A stretch of 64,000 nt of DNA from a virus, in the IMG/VR virus record IMGVR_UViG_3300045988_094874, positions 231 through 64,230 of that record; one strand, given 5' to 3'. Each line of letters begins with the position of its first letter. The first letter of the stretch is position 1. Positions 35,996 through 46,800 of this stretch are shown piece by piece. Both the position numbers and the translations under genes were made by a program. The notes beneath the pieces were generated by a model. It had not been told where the DNA came from, made no database searches, and was given only the letters and a program-made list of their open reading frames with translations.

Positions 35996-37399
35996 TTAGG
36001 CTTGTTCCTTAGGCTCACCTGCAATAACTTCGGTAAGGCTCTTGTTAGCGTCTTCGATAGCTTTTGCGATAGCCTCTTGTGTCACATCATCAGACTTCTG
36101 TGCGTCAATGAAACGTGAAAAATCTCCATCTGGTAGGTTAAGGTGTACGTGTTTAGCGTTTTGAAGCTCACCTACAGTCTTAATGTCTCCAATTCCCCAG
36201 ACAATTCCATTAGTAATTGCAAGGTAACCTTGCTTACCTGAATTGCTCCGGATAACATAGTTTGTCATTTCGTCTTCCTCTTCTTCAAATTGATTGTTTG
36301 CAATATCATCACTAAGAATAGCAATGTTTTTATCTAAGCCACCAGCAATACCTGTACTAGTGAACTGCCACCAGCGAATACCTTCCATAGTAGGATATAC
36401 TTCCCACACAGGAGTAGGAGTTACCTCATAGTTAGGGTAGGCTGCAATCCACAGAGAATTAGGGTATTTAGCTAGGATAGCTTTGTAGTTTACGTTTGCT
36501 AAAGTATATGGCTTGTATGAGTAGTAGATAGGTTGGTAACCTTTACCTGCACAAGCGTCCATGAAGGCTAAGATAGCCTGTGTATTGGCTTCCATGTCTC
36601 CACTAGCATTATCCTCATAGTCACAGACCAGATAATTCACAGGCTTGCTAGGTAAATTGCTCAGGAAGAAATTAGCTTCTGCAAGAGCTTGTCCTACGTC
36701 ACCTCCAAACCGTGCAAAGTGGTAATAACCAATAGGCACAGAGGTGTCAGCCTGAGCTTGTCTAACCTCTGACATGTAGGTAGTGTGCTCACTTACCTTA
36801 ATGATTGTCTTGTTAGTTCCTGCTTGCTGTGTCATAGCTGTGAGGTCTGCTGGTTGGTAAGCCGATACATCTAAGAAGTAATCGTCCTTCTTAAGTCCCG
36901 GAGCTCCATTTACGAAGCCTCGTCCACTAGCTGAGCTAGTTTGTTGTGCTTGGTTAGCCTGACCACCGACTCCCGGTTTAAGACGGAAGGCTGTATCAAA
37001 GGTAGCTTCATAAGGAAGTCTCACAAGAGAAGCAACTCCTCCTCTATCTAGGCTACTATCAGGTCCTTGGTTTTGCCCTAAGAACATGCCATAAACTCCA
37101 TCAATGTCACTATCAAACACAGCAACGTGAGAGTAAGGAGTCCAAGGGTGGACTTTGAAGATAACCAAGTCTCCCGGTTGTAACATACTAACTTCATCAA
37201 AGTAGTTAAGAATACCATTGCTATGTCTCTGTTCCCAAAGGTCTTGTACAAACCCTGTCACAGTACAGTTAGCATAGGGTATTCCATTTTCAATACAGAA
37301 CTTTGCATAGAAATCCCAGCATTGAAATTGGTACCAACCATCAATGTCATAGCCATTACCAAGCGTTTTGTTCTTAAAATCTTGGTAACTAATAGCCAT
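35996..37399 (-). CDS. endolysin: CHAP peptidase + GH25 muramidase + C-terminal binding region
   Basis: CHAP Cys (FQCWDF) and His (YSHVAVF). GH25 motifs DVSAYQ and GYYHFARF. Directly downstream of the holin. Confidence 0.75.
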   Translation of the reverse strand: MAISYQDFKNKTLGNGYDIDGWYQFQCWDFYAKFCIENGIPYANCTVTGFVQDLWEQRHSNGILNYFDEVSMLQPGDLVIFKVHPWTPYSHVAVFDSDIDGVYGMFLGQNQGPDSSLDRGGVASLVRLPYEATFDTAFRLKPGVGGQANQAQQTSSASGRGFVNGAPGLKKDDYFLDVSAYQPADLTAMTQQAGTNKTIIKVSEHTTYMSEVRQAQADTSVPIGYYHFARFGGDVGQALAEANFFLSNLPSKPVNYLVCDYEDNASGDMEANTQAILAFMDACAGKGYQPIYYSYKPYTLANVNYKAILAKYPNSLWIAAYPNYEVTPTPVWEVYPTMEGIRWWQFTSTGIAGGLDKNIAILSDDIANNQFEEEEDEMTNYVIRSNSGKQGYLAITNGIVWGIGDIKTVGELQNAKHVHLNLPDGDFSRFIDAQKSDDVTQEAIAKAIEDANKSLTEVIAGEPKEQA

Positions 37400-37629
37400 T
37401 ACTGTTCTCCTTGTTTGTTTTCTGCTTCTTCCTGAGTTTTCGCATAGTTATTACTTGAGATACCAAGAACCACACCTGCAAACACAGTGAGAGCGGAAAT
37501 AGTACCAATAATAGTAGATGGGTCAAACTTGTAGATACCTCCTAACGCAGTTAACAAAGCGATAAATGCTGGGATAACTACAGTGATAATACGTTTTGCA
37601 ATATCATATTGTTGGTTGCTCAATTTCAT
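37399..37629 (-). CDS. holin (2 TM)
   Basis: 76 aa with two hydrophobic helices and a charged C-terminus. Abuts the endolysin start. Confidence 0.6.
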   Translation of the reverse strand: MKLSNQQYDIAKRIITVVIPAFIALLTALGGIYKFDPSTIIGTISALTVFAGVVLGISSNNYAKTQEEAENKQGEQ

Positions 37630-37969
37630 TTACTTCTTCCTCTTTCTTATGGTAAAGTTCGTCGTCTAACTCATGAATGTAGTGATTTCCATTCAAAAGA
37701 TAGTATGCAGTGATAATCTCACGTGTTAAGTGGTACTTCTGTTCCCAAGTAAATTCACGAGAATTATATATTTGTAGGTATTCATTACGAAGGGCTGAGC
37801 GCTTATTGCTTCTAGCCATTTCTTCCTGAGCCTCTTGATGGGCTACTGACTCTTTTGTCTTCTGTGTTAACTTAGTCACAAGGAAGGTACATAACGTTGT
37901 GATTACTAGAGTCACAGAGGTTATCACCTCCTGTCTACTAAGAATGTTATCAATCCATTGGTTATTCAT
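37604..37969 (-). CDS. holin-like / antiholin candidate (1 TM)
   Basis: Single N-terminal TM helix followed by a charged helical tail. Immediately upstream of the holin. Confidence 0.4.
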   Translation of the reverse strand: MNNQWIDNILSRQEVITSVTLVITTLCTFLVTKLTQKTKESVAHQEAQEEMARSNKRSALRNEYLQIYNSREFTWEQKYHLTREIITAYYLLNGNHYIHELDDELYHKKEEEVNEIEQPTI

Positions 37970-37980
37970 TGTTACCCCTA

Positions 37981-38529
37981 TTAAACGTTCTCAGCTCTTA
38001 GACGGTAAGCTCTAATTCCCTTAGGTAATTTTGAGACATCAAATTGTTTAGTTACTTTGTCATAAGGAACAAGAGTATCTCCATAAAAGAAGTTTTTAGG
38101 AGATGACATTATATTAGTAAATGTAGAGTTATCAGTGATATAATTATAATCTTTATTATATACATCTCCAATAGATAGTTTATCTCCTACCAAGTCCTTA
38201 TCTATAAAGACAAAGTTTACATAGTAAGGATTATCAATATCACCATTACCAGTTACAGTTACTGTGTACTGACCTGCGGGTGATGAATAAATATTATCTG
38301 GGTTATATTGAGCTTTTGCAAGCATATACATCAGAGTATCAAACGCCTCTGAGTCATAGTTACTTGAACCCCCACCTGCAGGTAGGTCAACCTCACTCTG
38401 CTGACCATTCTCAACAAGCTTTAGTTTATTACCAGTAAGAGTTAATCCATAGGACTTACCTTCCCCACCTACTTGTGCTCCATCACTAAAGCACTCGCCC
38501 ACATATACATTTACAACTTTATCTGACAT
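37981..38529 (-). CDS. hypothetical virion protein
   Basis: ORF. Confidence 0.45.
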   Translation of the reverse strand: MSDKVVNVYVGECFSDGAQVGGEGKSYGLTLTGNKLKLVENGQQSEVDLPAGGGSSNYDSEAFDTLMYMLAKAQYNPDNIYSSPAGQYTVTVTGNGDIDNPYYVNFVFIDKDLVGDKLSIGDVYNKDYNYITDNSTFTNIMSSPKNFFYGDTLVPYDKVTKQFDVSKLPKGIRAYRLRAENV

Positions 38530-38538
38530 TTATTACTC

Positions 38539-39021
38539 CTAATTTTCTAATCTATTTTTTGTAAATTCTACTTCAACAACTTTATTATCTGCTGAGGTAT
38601 AAGACACAGTAAACTTACCGTTTTCTCCAAGTGACACAGGGGAGCCTCCTGCATTAGCATAGGCTGAGCCACTAGGAGTAATTACATCACTAAATAATGT
38701 TCCGGGCTTACCATCACTTCTTGTGTACTTACTTGGGTCAACTACAAGGGGATTAGCAAATCCTGTAGGGCTTCTAAAGGAAACCACAGGAGACTCTCCA
38801 GAGGAAGTCACATAAGCTGTCTCACTTGTATTTTCTGAATTTATATAATGAAGTCCTGTGTTCTGCTTAGGTTCTTTTCCACAGTTGAGAACTACTTTAA
38901 TGTTATCCCCACACCCTCCTGAGTTGGCAGGGCAAGTAGCCTTGGGGATAGGCTTGTAACCTGTGTAAGTATTGTAAACTACTCCACACAGCTGGTCTTC
39001 TTTTGGTAGCTTATACGCCAT
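38539..39021 (-). CDS. hypothetical virion protein
   Basis: ORF. Confidence 0.45.
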   Translation of the reverse strand: MAYKLPKEDQLCGVVYNTYTGYKPIPKATCPANSGGCGDNIKVVLNCGKEPKQNTGLHYINSENTSETAYVTSSGESPVVSFRSPTGFANPLVVDPSKYTRSDGKPGTLFSDVITPSGSAYANAGGSPVSLGENGKFTVSYTSADNKVVEVEFTKNRLEN

Positions 39022-39030
39022 GTTTCCTCC

Positions 39031-40422
39031 TTATGTCCAACGAGCTCTTCTGTCCGTTGCTTTGTTTCCTGTCTTAAGCGGTGGTAGCTTAGGTTTTGGA
39101 AGTTCAAATTTTGGAAGTGTTGGTTTAGACACAGCGGGAGCAGTAGGCAAAGGCTCACCTTCCTTAATGTGTCCCATCACTTCATCAAGCTGAGGCTTCA
39201 TTCCATTGTAGATACTACTCATCTGAGCTATATAAGCTCCTAGACCGACAGCAGCGTAATCATACTTAGCCACAGGTCTGAATAGTCCTCTTGTGAAGCT
39301 TTCAATATCATATTTGTTGTTTGCGTGATATAATGCGTCTGCTCCTCCGATACGGTCTGAAATGAGGTTACAATGGTCTTCAAAGTAATCTTTGAGACTT
39401 GCAAACTTCATATAGTAACCGCCTTCTGCCCGTGGAGCTCCCTGTGATACTACAACACCAGACTCACGCTGAGGGTTTCCAGTCCATGTAAGACCTCCCC
39501 AGTTATTCTCAGGACCTGCATAGGTAGCTCCGGGAGATTGCCCCCAGTTAGTTTCCAGATAGGTCTGACAGATAAATCCGGGAAGCCAAATACCATACTT
39601 GGCACAAGCAGAAGCCATTGCACTTATCTTGTCTTTGGTAAGTACATATCCTCCATAGGAAATGTCTCCACCGTCATAGTTAGCAGTACCAGAAGGTAAG
39701 TCATTAGTCACAGAAGCGTCCTTCTTAGTTGTTACCACTACGTCAAGGTCTTCTCTACGTTTGGCACAGGATTTACGGATATAACCAGCTGAGCCGTCCC
39801 AGCGGTCAATCTTTATCCAGTCACCATCTTCCAGCCCTGTGTACTTGGAACATTGGAAAGTCTTTTCAATAAACTCACCATCTTTTTCCTTTAGTACCTC
39901 AGTCTCGTCACAGGTGACCTCCCAGAATTGGTATGTTCTGGATTTTGTCTTAGTAGTATCATTACCTGAAATAGTTCCCGGTTGGTTATGTGAAGTAGAG
40001 CCTCCTGCTGAATAAGGTTCTTGATTATAGAACCTTACAATGTGGGTAGGGTTCAGATTTATAATACTGAATGTATGCTCTGTTACTCCACTACCTAGTG
40101 GGTGGTTCTGGTCTATACAGGTAGCCCATGCAGGGTCACCAGAGCCATAAAAGGCAACGTGACCAGCCTCATTTCCGTAGGCAGGACCGAAGATAACCAT
40201 ATCACCAGTCTCTAACTGACCATCATAAGGTTTCACAAGAGCAAGCTGATAAAGTCTTGGATTATCTGCTACAATATCTCTAGCATAATAACCCCACATA
40301 GTTATTCCAAAGAACTTACCAACATAGTTAGCCAAATCGTAGCATTGTGCACCATATGAGCCGTCAAAGTCATAATGCTGTCCTAATACATCTTTGCATA
40401 TATCGTAGCAATTCCTAACCAT
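39031..40422 (-). CDS. tail-associated peptidoglycan hydrolase: CHAP peptidase + GH73-like glucosaminidase
   Basis: CHAP Cys (GAQCYDL) and His (AGHVAF). C-terminal ICQTYLETNWGQS...NWGGL resembles a GH73 glucosaminidase. Sits in the tail gene block. Confidence 0.6.
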   Translation of the reverse strand: MVRNCYDICKDVLGQHYDFDGSYGAQCYDLANYVGKFFGITMWGYYARDIVADNPRLYQLALVKPYDGQLETGDMVIFGPAYGNEAGHVAFYGSGDPAWATCIDQNHPLGSGVTEHTFSIINLNPTHIVRFYNQEPYSAGGSTSHNQPGTISGNDTTKTKSRTYQFWEVTCDETEVLKEKDGEFIEKTFQCSKYTGLEDGDWIKIDRWDGSAGYIRKSCAKRREDLDVVVTTKKDASVTNDLPSGTANYDGGDISYGGYVLTKDKISAMASACAKYGIWLPGFICQTYLETNWGQSPGATYAGPENNWGGLTWTGNPQRESGVVVSQGAPRAEGGYYMKFASLKDYFEDHCNLISDRIGGADALYHANNKYDIESFTRGLFRPVAKYDYAAVGLGAYIAQMSSIYNGMKPQLDEVMGHIKEGEPLPTAPAVSKPTLPKFELPKPKLPPLKTGNKATDRRARWT

Positions 40423-40424
40423 AA

Positions 40425-40733
40425 TTATACACCATTATTGTCTTTCAGTAAACTTTCACACAAAGCAAAAAGTTCCGAAGTTGGAAAGTATAGATAACCA
40501 TAATCAGCCACTGAATAGTCATCAACAGGGCAATAAATTACATTGTTATAATTGCATATACTTATAGCTACTGACTTTTTAACATCATAATTTAAGAAAG
40601 CTAAAGTATCATAGCAACCATTTCTTAAAATATATTCTGCTAAAAATAAATCCCTGTCTTCTATTAGGCTCAGCATTACTTTCTGGATAGTAGTTCTTAT
40701 TAAGTATATGTACTCTAGTCTACTCAAAAACAA
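40425..40733 (-). CDS. hypothetical protein
   Basis: ORF. Confidence 0.4.
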   Translation of the reverse strand: MFLSRLEYIYLIRTTIQKVMLSLIEDRDLFLAEYILRNGCYDTLAFLNYDVKKSVAISICNYNNVIYCPVDDYSVADYGYLYFPTSELFALCESLLKDNNGV

Positions 40734-40935
40734 CCTCCATCATCATAAGTACCTGCTGTACTTTCTTCTCTTCCCTGTATATCTCACTCTTTAACTTCAT
40801 GTTATCAATCACAGCGGTGTAGTCTTGTGGGTGAGCCTCTAGGTGTTGTTCCACCTTAAATTGCTTAACCTTTAGCCTATCTAACCTCTCTGTGTAGTGT
40901 TTGTGTTTATTATATAAATCCTTAAAATCGTACAT
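40720..40935 (-). CDS. hypothetical small protein
   Basis: ORF. Confidence 0.35.
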   Translation of the reverse strand: MYDFKDLYNKHKHYTERLDRLKVKQFKVEQHLEAHPQDYTAVIDNMKLKSEIYREEKKVQQVLMMMEVVFE

Positions 40936-40936
40936 A

Positions 40937-41527
40937 TTAGTTTATGTGACTAAATTTCAAATAAAGGCGCAATGTCACTGTTGCGTCTCCTAGTGCTTTC
41001 ACAGAGAATATCTTTTCTCCGGGACTATACAGGGCTTCTCTTTGCTTATCATTGAGATACCATGCAACTTTCATCAGGTCATAGCCTTCCATGGGATTAC
41101 CATTAGGAAAGATACCTTCTCCGCCTTTAGCGTCTGCAATCCAGTTACACTTCCATATAGCCTTCAAGTAGGGTGTCAGGTCAATCGTCTCGCTGTGTCC
41201 TGTGGTCGCATTGTGAGCAAATACCTCTAAATGCACATCAGACATTGGGCGAACACCTTCTTGTTCCTGCTCTGAGTTATCTCCTTTGTTATTAGTAACA
41301 ATAACCTTAAGAAACCAGCGCTGAAACCTATCCAAATCCCCTGACACAGTGAGGTGGTAATTAGCCGTTGACTTCTTATCACCAACCATTTCCTCTGTGT
41401 TCCGTATTGTGTCTACATAGTCAACACCAAAGAGGTCAGTTACACCCCCACGCCTTTGTCGGCTTGATTGTGTAACCCTCTCTCTAGTATCTCTTACTGT
41501 GTTTACTAATCTAGTAACAGCATCCAT
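40937..41527 (-). CDS. hypothetical tail/baseplate protein
   Basis: ORF. Confidence 0.45.
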   Translation of the reverse strand: MDAVTRLVNTVRDTRERVTQSSRQRRGGVTDLFGVDYVDTIRNTEEMVGDKKSTANYHLTVSGDLDRFQRWFLKVIVTNNKGDNSEQEQEGVRPMSDVHLEVFAHNATTGHSETIDLTPYLKAIWKCNWIADAKGGEGIFPNGNPMEGYDLMKVAWYLNDKQREALYSPGEKIFSVKALGDATVTLRLYLKFSHIN

Positions 41528-42810
41528 TAAGTCACCTCTCTATCCACAGATAAGAACTTGCTGAGCTCTATGTTGAGCACAAGGGAGTTCCCTGTGGAAT
41601 ATTGGTAGCTCATCTTATTAACATAAAACCAGTCATTTGCTCTGAGCACTTTAGTATAGTATTTACTGCAAGGTGTAAGCTCCACAAGGTCTACTCCCAA
41701 GATAAATTTGACTTTATCTCCTACCTGAACCCCTGCTGGCAGAGGTGAAGTAGTCACAGGGTAAATGACCTTCCTCCTTGAAGCTCTCATCTTTCTAATA
41801 GCTGACTTGTACATTTGCACAGTGGCTTTGATACGGTCTTCATCAGACACTTCCTTATTATCACCAGCTATCGCCTGTGTGTCATTAGTAGTAATACTAC
41901 CCCAGTAGAGTTCTCCTGCTTCAAGGGCAATTCCTTCCTCATCTAGGATAGCATACTCATCTTCTGATATGTCAGTAGCGAACACAGGGAGTGGTGGATA
42001 ATCAAAGTGCCTCTGTGAGTTTACAGGTCTATCTGTTTTAATCACAGGGAAGCCGTCTATCATGAGTTTCTTGTCATGGAAAATGTCCCTGAGAGTCAAT
42101 GAGCTTGCTCCTGCGTCAGCCTTATCTGAGCGTACCACAGCAGAGTTCATCACTCCTTGGAAGCTTTCCTGAACTTCTCCAAGGTCTAAGAGGTATGTCT
42201 CAGGTGAGATAAGTACCTCTTTTTTAGCTCCCATTGCGGAGAACGTTACCTTGAAGGGGTCTTTCTTGTCTATGCGCCATTGCATATCTTGAGTCTTCTC
42301 ACAGAGCTTCGTGAGGAACTGTAAGACCGTTTCTTGTGAAAACTCATACTCTATCTTGCGTTCAGTTTCATCTGGAAACTCAAATTTCATTAGGTTCACT
42401 AAATCATTTTTAGCGTCCTTCCAATATTCCTTAACCTTCTTAACAACCTCCTGAACTGTGGTGTCCTTAAAGGTCACGTTAGTTGGGAGGTTTTTCTTAT
42501 CAAGTAGCCCTACTATATGAGTGAGGCTCACAGTACAGGTAGCTGTCTTGTGATTTGTTTTCTTCTCATACACAGTGCCTAGAAAGTTCCAATCATCACT
42601 AGAAAGGCTAATCTGAGTTGTTCCAGTCAGCAGTTTAGCATACTTAGAAGGGATAGTAATTGGAATTGACGGAACTTCCATTAAGTTAAAATCAAGTGAA
42701 AAGTCACCTAAGAAATCCTCAGGCAATAATAGCTGGTCTCTTGAACCGTCTCCTCCATTTATAATTTTCCCTATCATAGTGTAAGCCTTTCGTAATCTAC
42801 ATAAGCACAC
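41527..42810 (-). CDS. tail-tip / baseplate protein (Tal-like by position)
   Basis: Second gene after the TMP. Confidence 0.4.
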   Translation of the reverse strand: MCLCRLRKAYTMIGKIINGGDGSRDQLLLPEDFLGDFSLDFNLMEVPSIPITIPSKYAKLLTGTTQISLSSDDWNFLGTVYEKKTNHKTATCTVSLTHIVGLLDKKNLPTNVTFKDTTVQEVVKKVKEYWKDAKNDLVNLMKFEFPDETERKIEYEFSQETVLQFLTKLCEKTQDMQWRIDKKDPFKVTFSAMGAKKEVLISPETYLLDLGEVQESFQGVMNSAVVRSDKADAGASSLTLRDIFHDKKLMIDGFPVIKTDRPVNSQRHFDYPPLPVFATDISEDEYAILDEEGIALEAGELYWGSITTNDTQAIAGDNKEVSDEDRIKATVQMYKSAIRKMRASRRKVIYPVTTSPLPAGVQVGDKVKFILGVDLVELTPCSKYYTKVLRANDWFYVNKMSYQYSTGNSLVLNIELSKFLSVDREVT

Positions 42811-43874
42811 GCTGTGCTTGATAGAACACCATATACATTTATGGTATTTCGTCCTTTAATTATGCGGAATGGTCCTTCACAGTAAGACAGATTATCTAGC
42901 TTGACAACTTTGTAGTCATACTCAAGACATTCCCAACTACTAGCATACCGTACATTTCCTCTTTGGTCAAGTGTAAGAACCCCGTTGTACTCACCTTTTA
43001 CCTTGATGTTCACGTTGTTTACTGTGATAATTGGGTCTTTGAAATGTCCGAATAGCCCCACTCTCCACTGAGTGCTGTCTAATACTGTATCAGCCTGAAA
43101 CGTCTTGTGTAGTTCTCCATTCACACAGAGGTCACAGAGAGCATGTGCATAAAGCTCTGGCAATGTCTTGCCATCAATTCTAGCCTTTTGGCAGTTATGA
43201 ACTACACGCCATTTACTGTCACAGAGGTCAAAGAACTCATCATTGAAATCAATGTCCTGAACAGCAGAGCAGTAGTCTACCATGTCTTTCATTGCTGAGC
43301 AATTATCATTACAACATTCACACTCTGTGCAAGGCTGTCCCTCATCACAGCAACGTGATTGAAGGCAGTCTGCTTTCATCTGAGTAAAGCTACACAGGTC
43401 GAACCTATCAAAATAAGTCTTGTGCTCACTAGCCTTGTGCCAGACACCCTCTGCATTATTAAACTCAACCTGTAACACAAGGTAGCCATTGTCAGTAAGC
43501 GTCCATTCCTTCTGATGTTGCATACTAGTACAGTAGGCATGACACCAAATAAGCTGGTTACCGCTATCTACAGCCCATAGCTTACCTTTTCTTGTGAGCT
43601 GGTGAACTATGAAGTCATAATGCACACGGATATTCTCATCACTCCATGTGTTTGTCTTTAGAGCCATCTTGAAGCTAATAGTATTGGTATCCACAAGAAG
43701 CTCATCTCCTCTGTTACCAACAAAAGCACCATGAGTGAAAGCCCTTGGAGTTGTATTAACTCTAAAGGCTACACTCTCAGCCTGCTCTTGTATGCTTCGT
43801 GTCCCTGTGAACACAAGGTCGTTATATTGAATATATCGTCTAGGCTTATTTACATTTTCGCCTCTATATCCCAT
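42774..43874 (-). CDS. distal tail protein (Dit-like by position) with a Cys-knot insertion
   Basis: First gene after the TMP. Contains CLQSRCCDEGQPCTECECCNDNC. Confidence 0.45.
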   Translation of the reverse strand: MGYRGENVNKPRRYIQYNDLVFTGTRSIQEQAESVAFRVNTTPRAFTHGAFVGNRGDELLVDTNTISFKMALKTNTWSDENIRVHYDFIVHQLTRKGKLWAVDSGNQLIWCHAYCTSMQHQKEWTLTDNGYLVLQVEFNNAEGVWHKASEHKTYFDRFDLCSFTQMKADCLQSRCCDEGQPCTECECCNDNCSAMKDMVDYCSAVQDIDFNDEFFDLCDSKWRVVHNCQKARIDGKTLPELYAHALCDLCVNGELHKTFQADTVLDSTQWRVGLFGHFKDPIITVNNVNIKVKGEYNGVLTLDQRGNVRYASSWECLEYDYKVVKLDNLSYCEGPFRIIKGRNTINVYGVLSSTACAYVDYERLTL

Positions 43875-46800
43875 TAAACATACCTCATCAATCTATCTAA
43901 GCCATACATACCATTGAGGTAGTTAGACTTATTGTCAATATTCTGATTGACACTTGCATTGTTATTGTAGTAGTTATTCACTACTGTAGTTGTCCGGTTA
44001 CCTCCAAGAGCTCCAATACCGAAGCGGTTAAGGTTATCTAGGAAGTTAGTTCCTAGACTATCCACAGCTCTCTTACGGAGAACATATTCACCTGGAGTAA
44101 GCATTGCAGGTATTGTGTCAGTACCTCTAGGTTGGAAAATTCCTCCAAGAAGAGGGCTTCCTCCTTGAGCAAGGTAGTTCACGAAGCCTCCAGTAGAGAA
44201 CAGAAGACCACTACCAGAAGGTAATTTCTTCTTGCCTTTGTCATAGTTCTTCTTAGAAGTTCCACTCTTGCTTCCTGTAATCCAGTCAGCAATTCCTCCG
44301 AGTATTCCAGCTACCCAGTCACGGACACCTTCTAAAGCACCAACTAGCCTATCCCAAGCGTCTTTAAGAGTTCCATGCTTCTTACTTTCCTTCTCTTGGT
44401 CTTCCGCCTTCTTCTTCTCAGCACTCATTGTGTTTGTGTATGTATCATACTGACTCACAAGGAATTGGAGGGCTTTATCAGGAAGTTGAAGAACTTGGTC
44501 ACGAGACACGCCTGCGTCAATGAGTTTTTGTTGTAACTCTTGTCTCTTCTCCTCTGTGAGGTTTTGAGCACCTTGACGGTAAGCGTCCATTTGAGTAATC
44601 AAGTTTCCTTGTTCGTCTACAATATCTGTAAACTGTCTTCCCTGAGCAATAGCTACTTGGTTAAGTAAGGAGGCTAGGATTTCATCTCCCTCAGAGCCAT
44701 ATAATCCGTTCTGAGCCTTTAATTGCTCCCAAGACATCAATTCCTCACCTATACGAACATAAGTGCCCTGCATGTCTTTAAGAGGCTTCTGAGCGTTGTA
44801 TCCAAGGTCAAACAGTGTCTGCCTCATGGTAGCCGAGTCAGTAGCACCTGCTTCCTCAAGGAGTCTCATAGAGTTCTGCATGTATGCAGTAGCGTCTGTA
44901 AAGTTCTGTTGAAGTCTACCAAACACTTTCTTCTGCATATCTGTCATGTTTTGCAAGTAGCCACCTAGAGTTACTTTAGAGCCGAGAACGTCTCTAGTAG
45001 TATGCTCATCAGCTCTTGCTCTTGACACAGCCTCTGCATTTTCCCTAATAGACTTAGCATTTTCAGCAGCCTGCTTACGGTACTCATCATTGTACCCTGT
45101 AAGAAGTCCTTCAATACCGTCAATAAGGTTTTTGCCTCCACCCATAATTAAGTTAGTGATAGCTCCTAGAAGAGCTCCCACAGCAGTACCGATACCCGGC
45201 ATGATAGCTGTACCAATAGAAGCTCCTGTGAAGGTTGCTCCAGCTAAGCCAAGTCCAGCTCCTGCTGTCTTAAGTGCCCCACCTACAGTAGCTCCTGCAT
45301 GTCCCCCAATAGCATTTTGCACAGGGTCTGCAATCATTTGAGCTACCAGAGAAGCTATCATACCAAGAGGAGAAGCTCCGAATGAGCCTACCTTAGTTCC
45401 GATATTAGTCAGAGCAGGTGTTCCAGCCCTAGCTAAGAATTGCTGTAGTGCATTTCCTTCTGAGTTTGCTAGTAATGAAGTTATAGGAGTTTTACTTAGA
45501 AGTCCTGAAAGAAGACCCCCTCCGCCAGCTCCTGAGGCTAGACCTCCTAATCCAAGAGTATTAGCTACACTAACCATGCCAGCGGCTGCTCCTAAGACCT
45601 TGCCGATAACTCCAAATATAGTTACCAGACCGATAAGACCTGTGGTAAGTCCCGGATACTGTCCCATAAACTTAGCAATCTCAGTCATGAAGTTTAGGAT
45701 ATTAGTAAAGAATTTAAGAATACGGTCAAGACCTCCTTCAACAGAGCCATGTCCTATATGCTTAATAATATCTCTAATCATTGTCACAACAGCCTTCACA
45801 AAGTCAGCCATTGCTTGTAACAGCTTCTTACCAGTATTCCCTGTAGCACTCTTAAGCACCCCTGTGAGAAGTTCCTGATAGATAGGCTGTAATGACTTCT
45901 GCAAATTTTGGAACACAGAGGAGAAGTTCTTCATGCCCTGCTCTAATCTACCCTTAGGCAGTGAGCCGATAGACTTAGTAACTGTATCAGTAAGCATATT
46001 AACTACAGAGAGCCACATCTTACCTACTTCTTCCACAAGGGTCTTGACAGTATTAAAGTTAATACGCCCATTGAGCTGTCCAATCTTTTTATCAAACCAC
46101 TCAATAATCTTGCCGAAGATGTTGGCTACCTCTCCAAGGAAATTACCAATTTTAACTCCATACTTCTCTGCTCCCACTTGGTTAGCATACTTAAATGTGT
46201 TAAATAGGTTATTGTACTCCTTCATGAGGTCTTCAAAGAACTTACGAACCTTTTGGATAAACAGGATAGTACGTCCAAGACCTCGAGGGTCATCTCCATA
46301 ACCACTTACCCCTTGTTGGAAACCTAGCTCTAGTCCTTTCTTGAAGTTGCCAGAAGCTCCCCCATTGAGCATATTATTCATAAGCTCTTTCACAGAGGAT
46401 ACTGTGGTAGCCATGGCTGTAAGTACCTGACCAGCATATTCTAGTCCTTTACTTACAATAGGAGTATCATTGATAAACAGACTTGCCAAAGACACAAGCT
46501 GTGTATAGAAGTCTAGCAATCCAGCAAATGCTCTATCAGCACCGCTTACTAGAGCTCCATTATTGACAGTCTTCTCAACCTCATCAATGATAAAGTTAAT
46601 GAATACCAGTGTGTTTCTAATCACAGAGCTTCCAGCTACCTTAGCTACCATATCACCATATAGAGCAACAAAGTTAGCTACAGTGTCAAGAGCTCCATTA
46701 TCAAGCAACACTTGTCCTAGTCCAATAAACTTAGCCACAAGGCGTTCATACTGGTAGGCTACCTCAGAAAGACCTTTACCAAGGTTCTGTGAGGTTGTAG

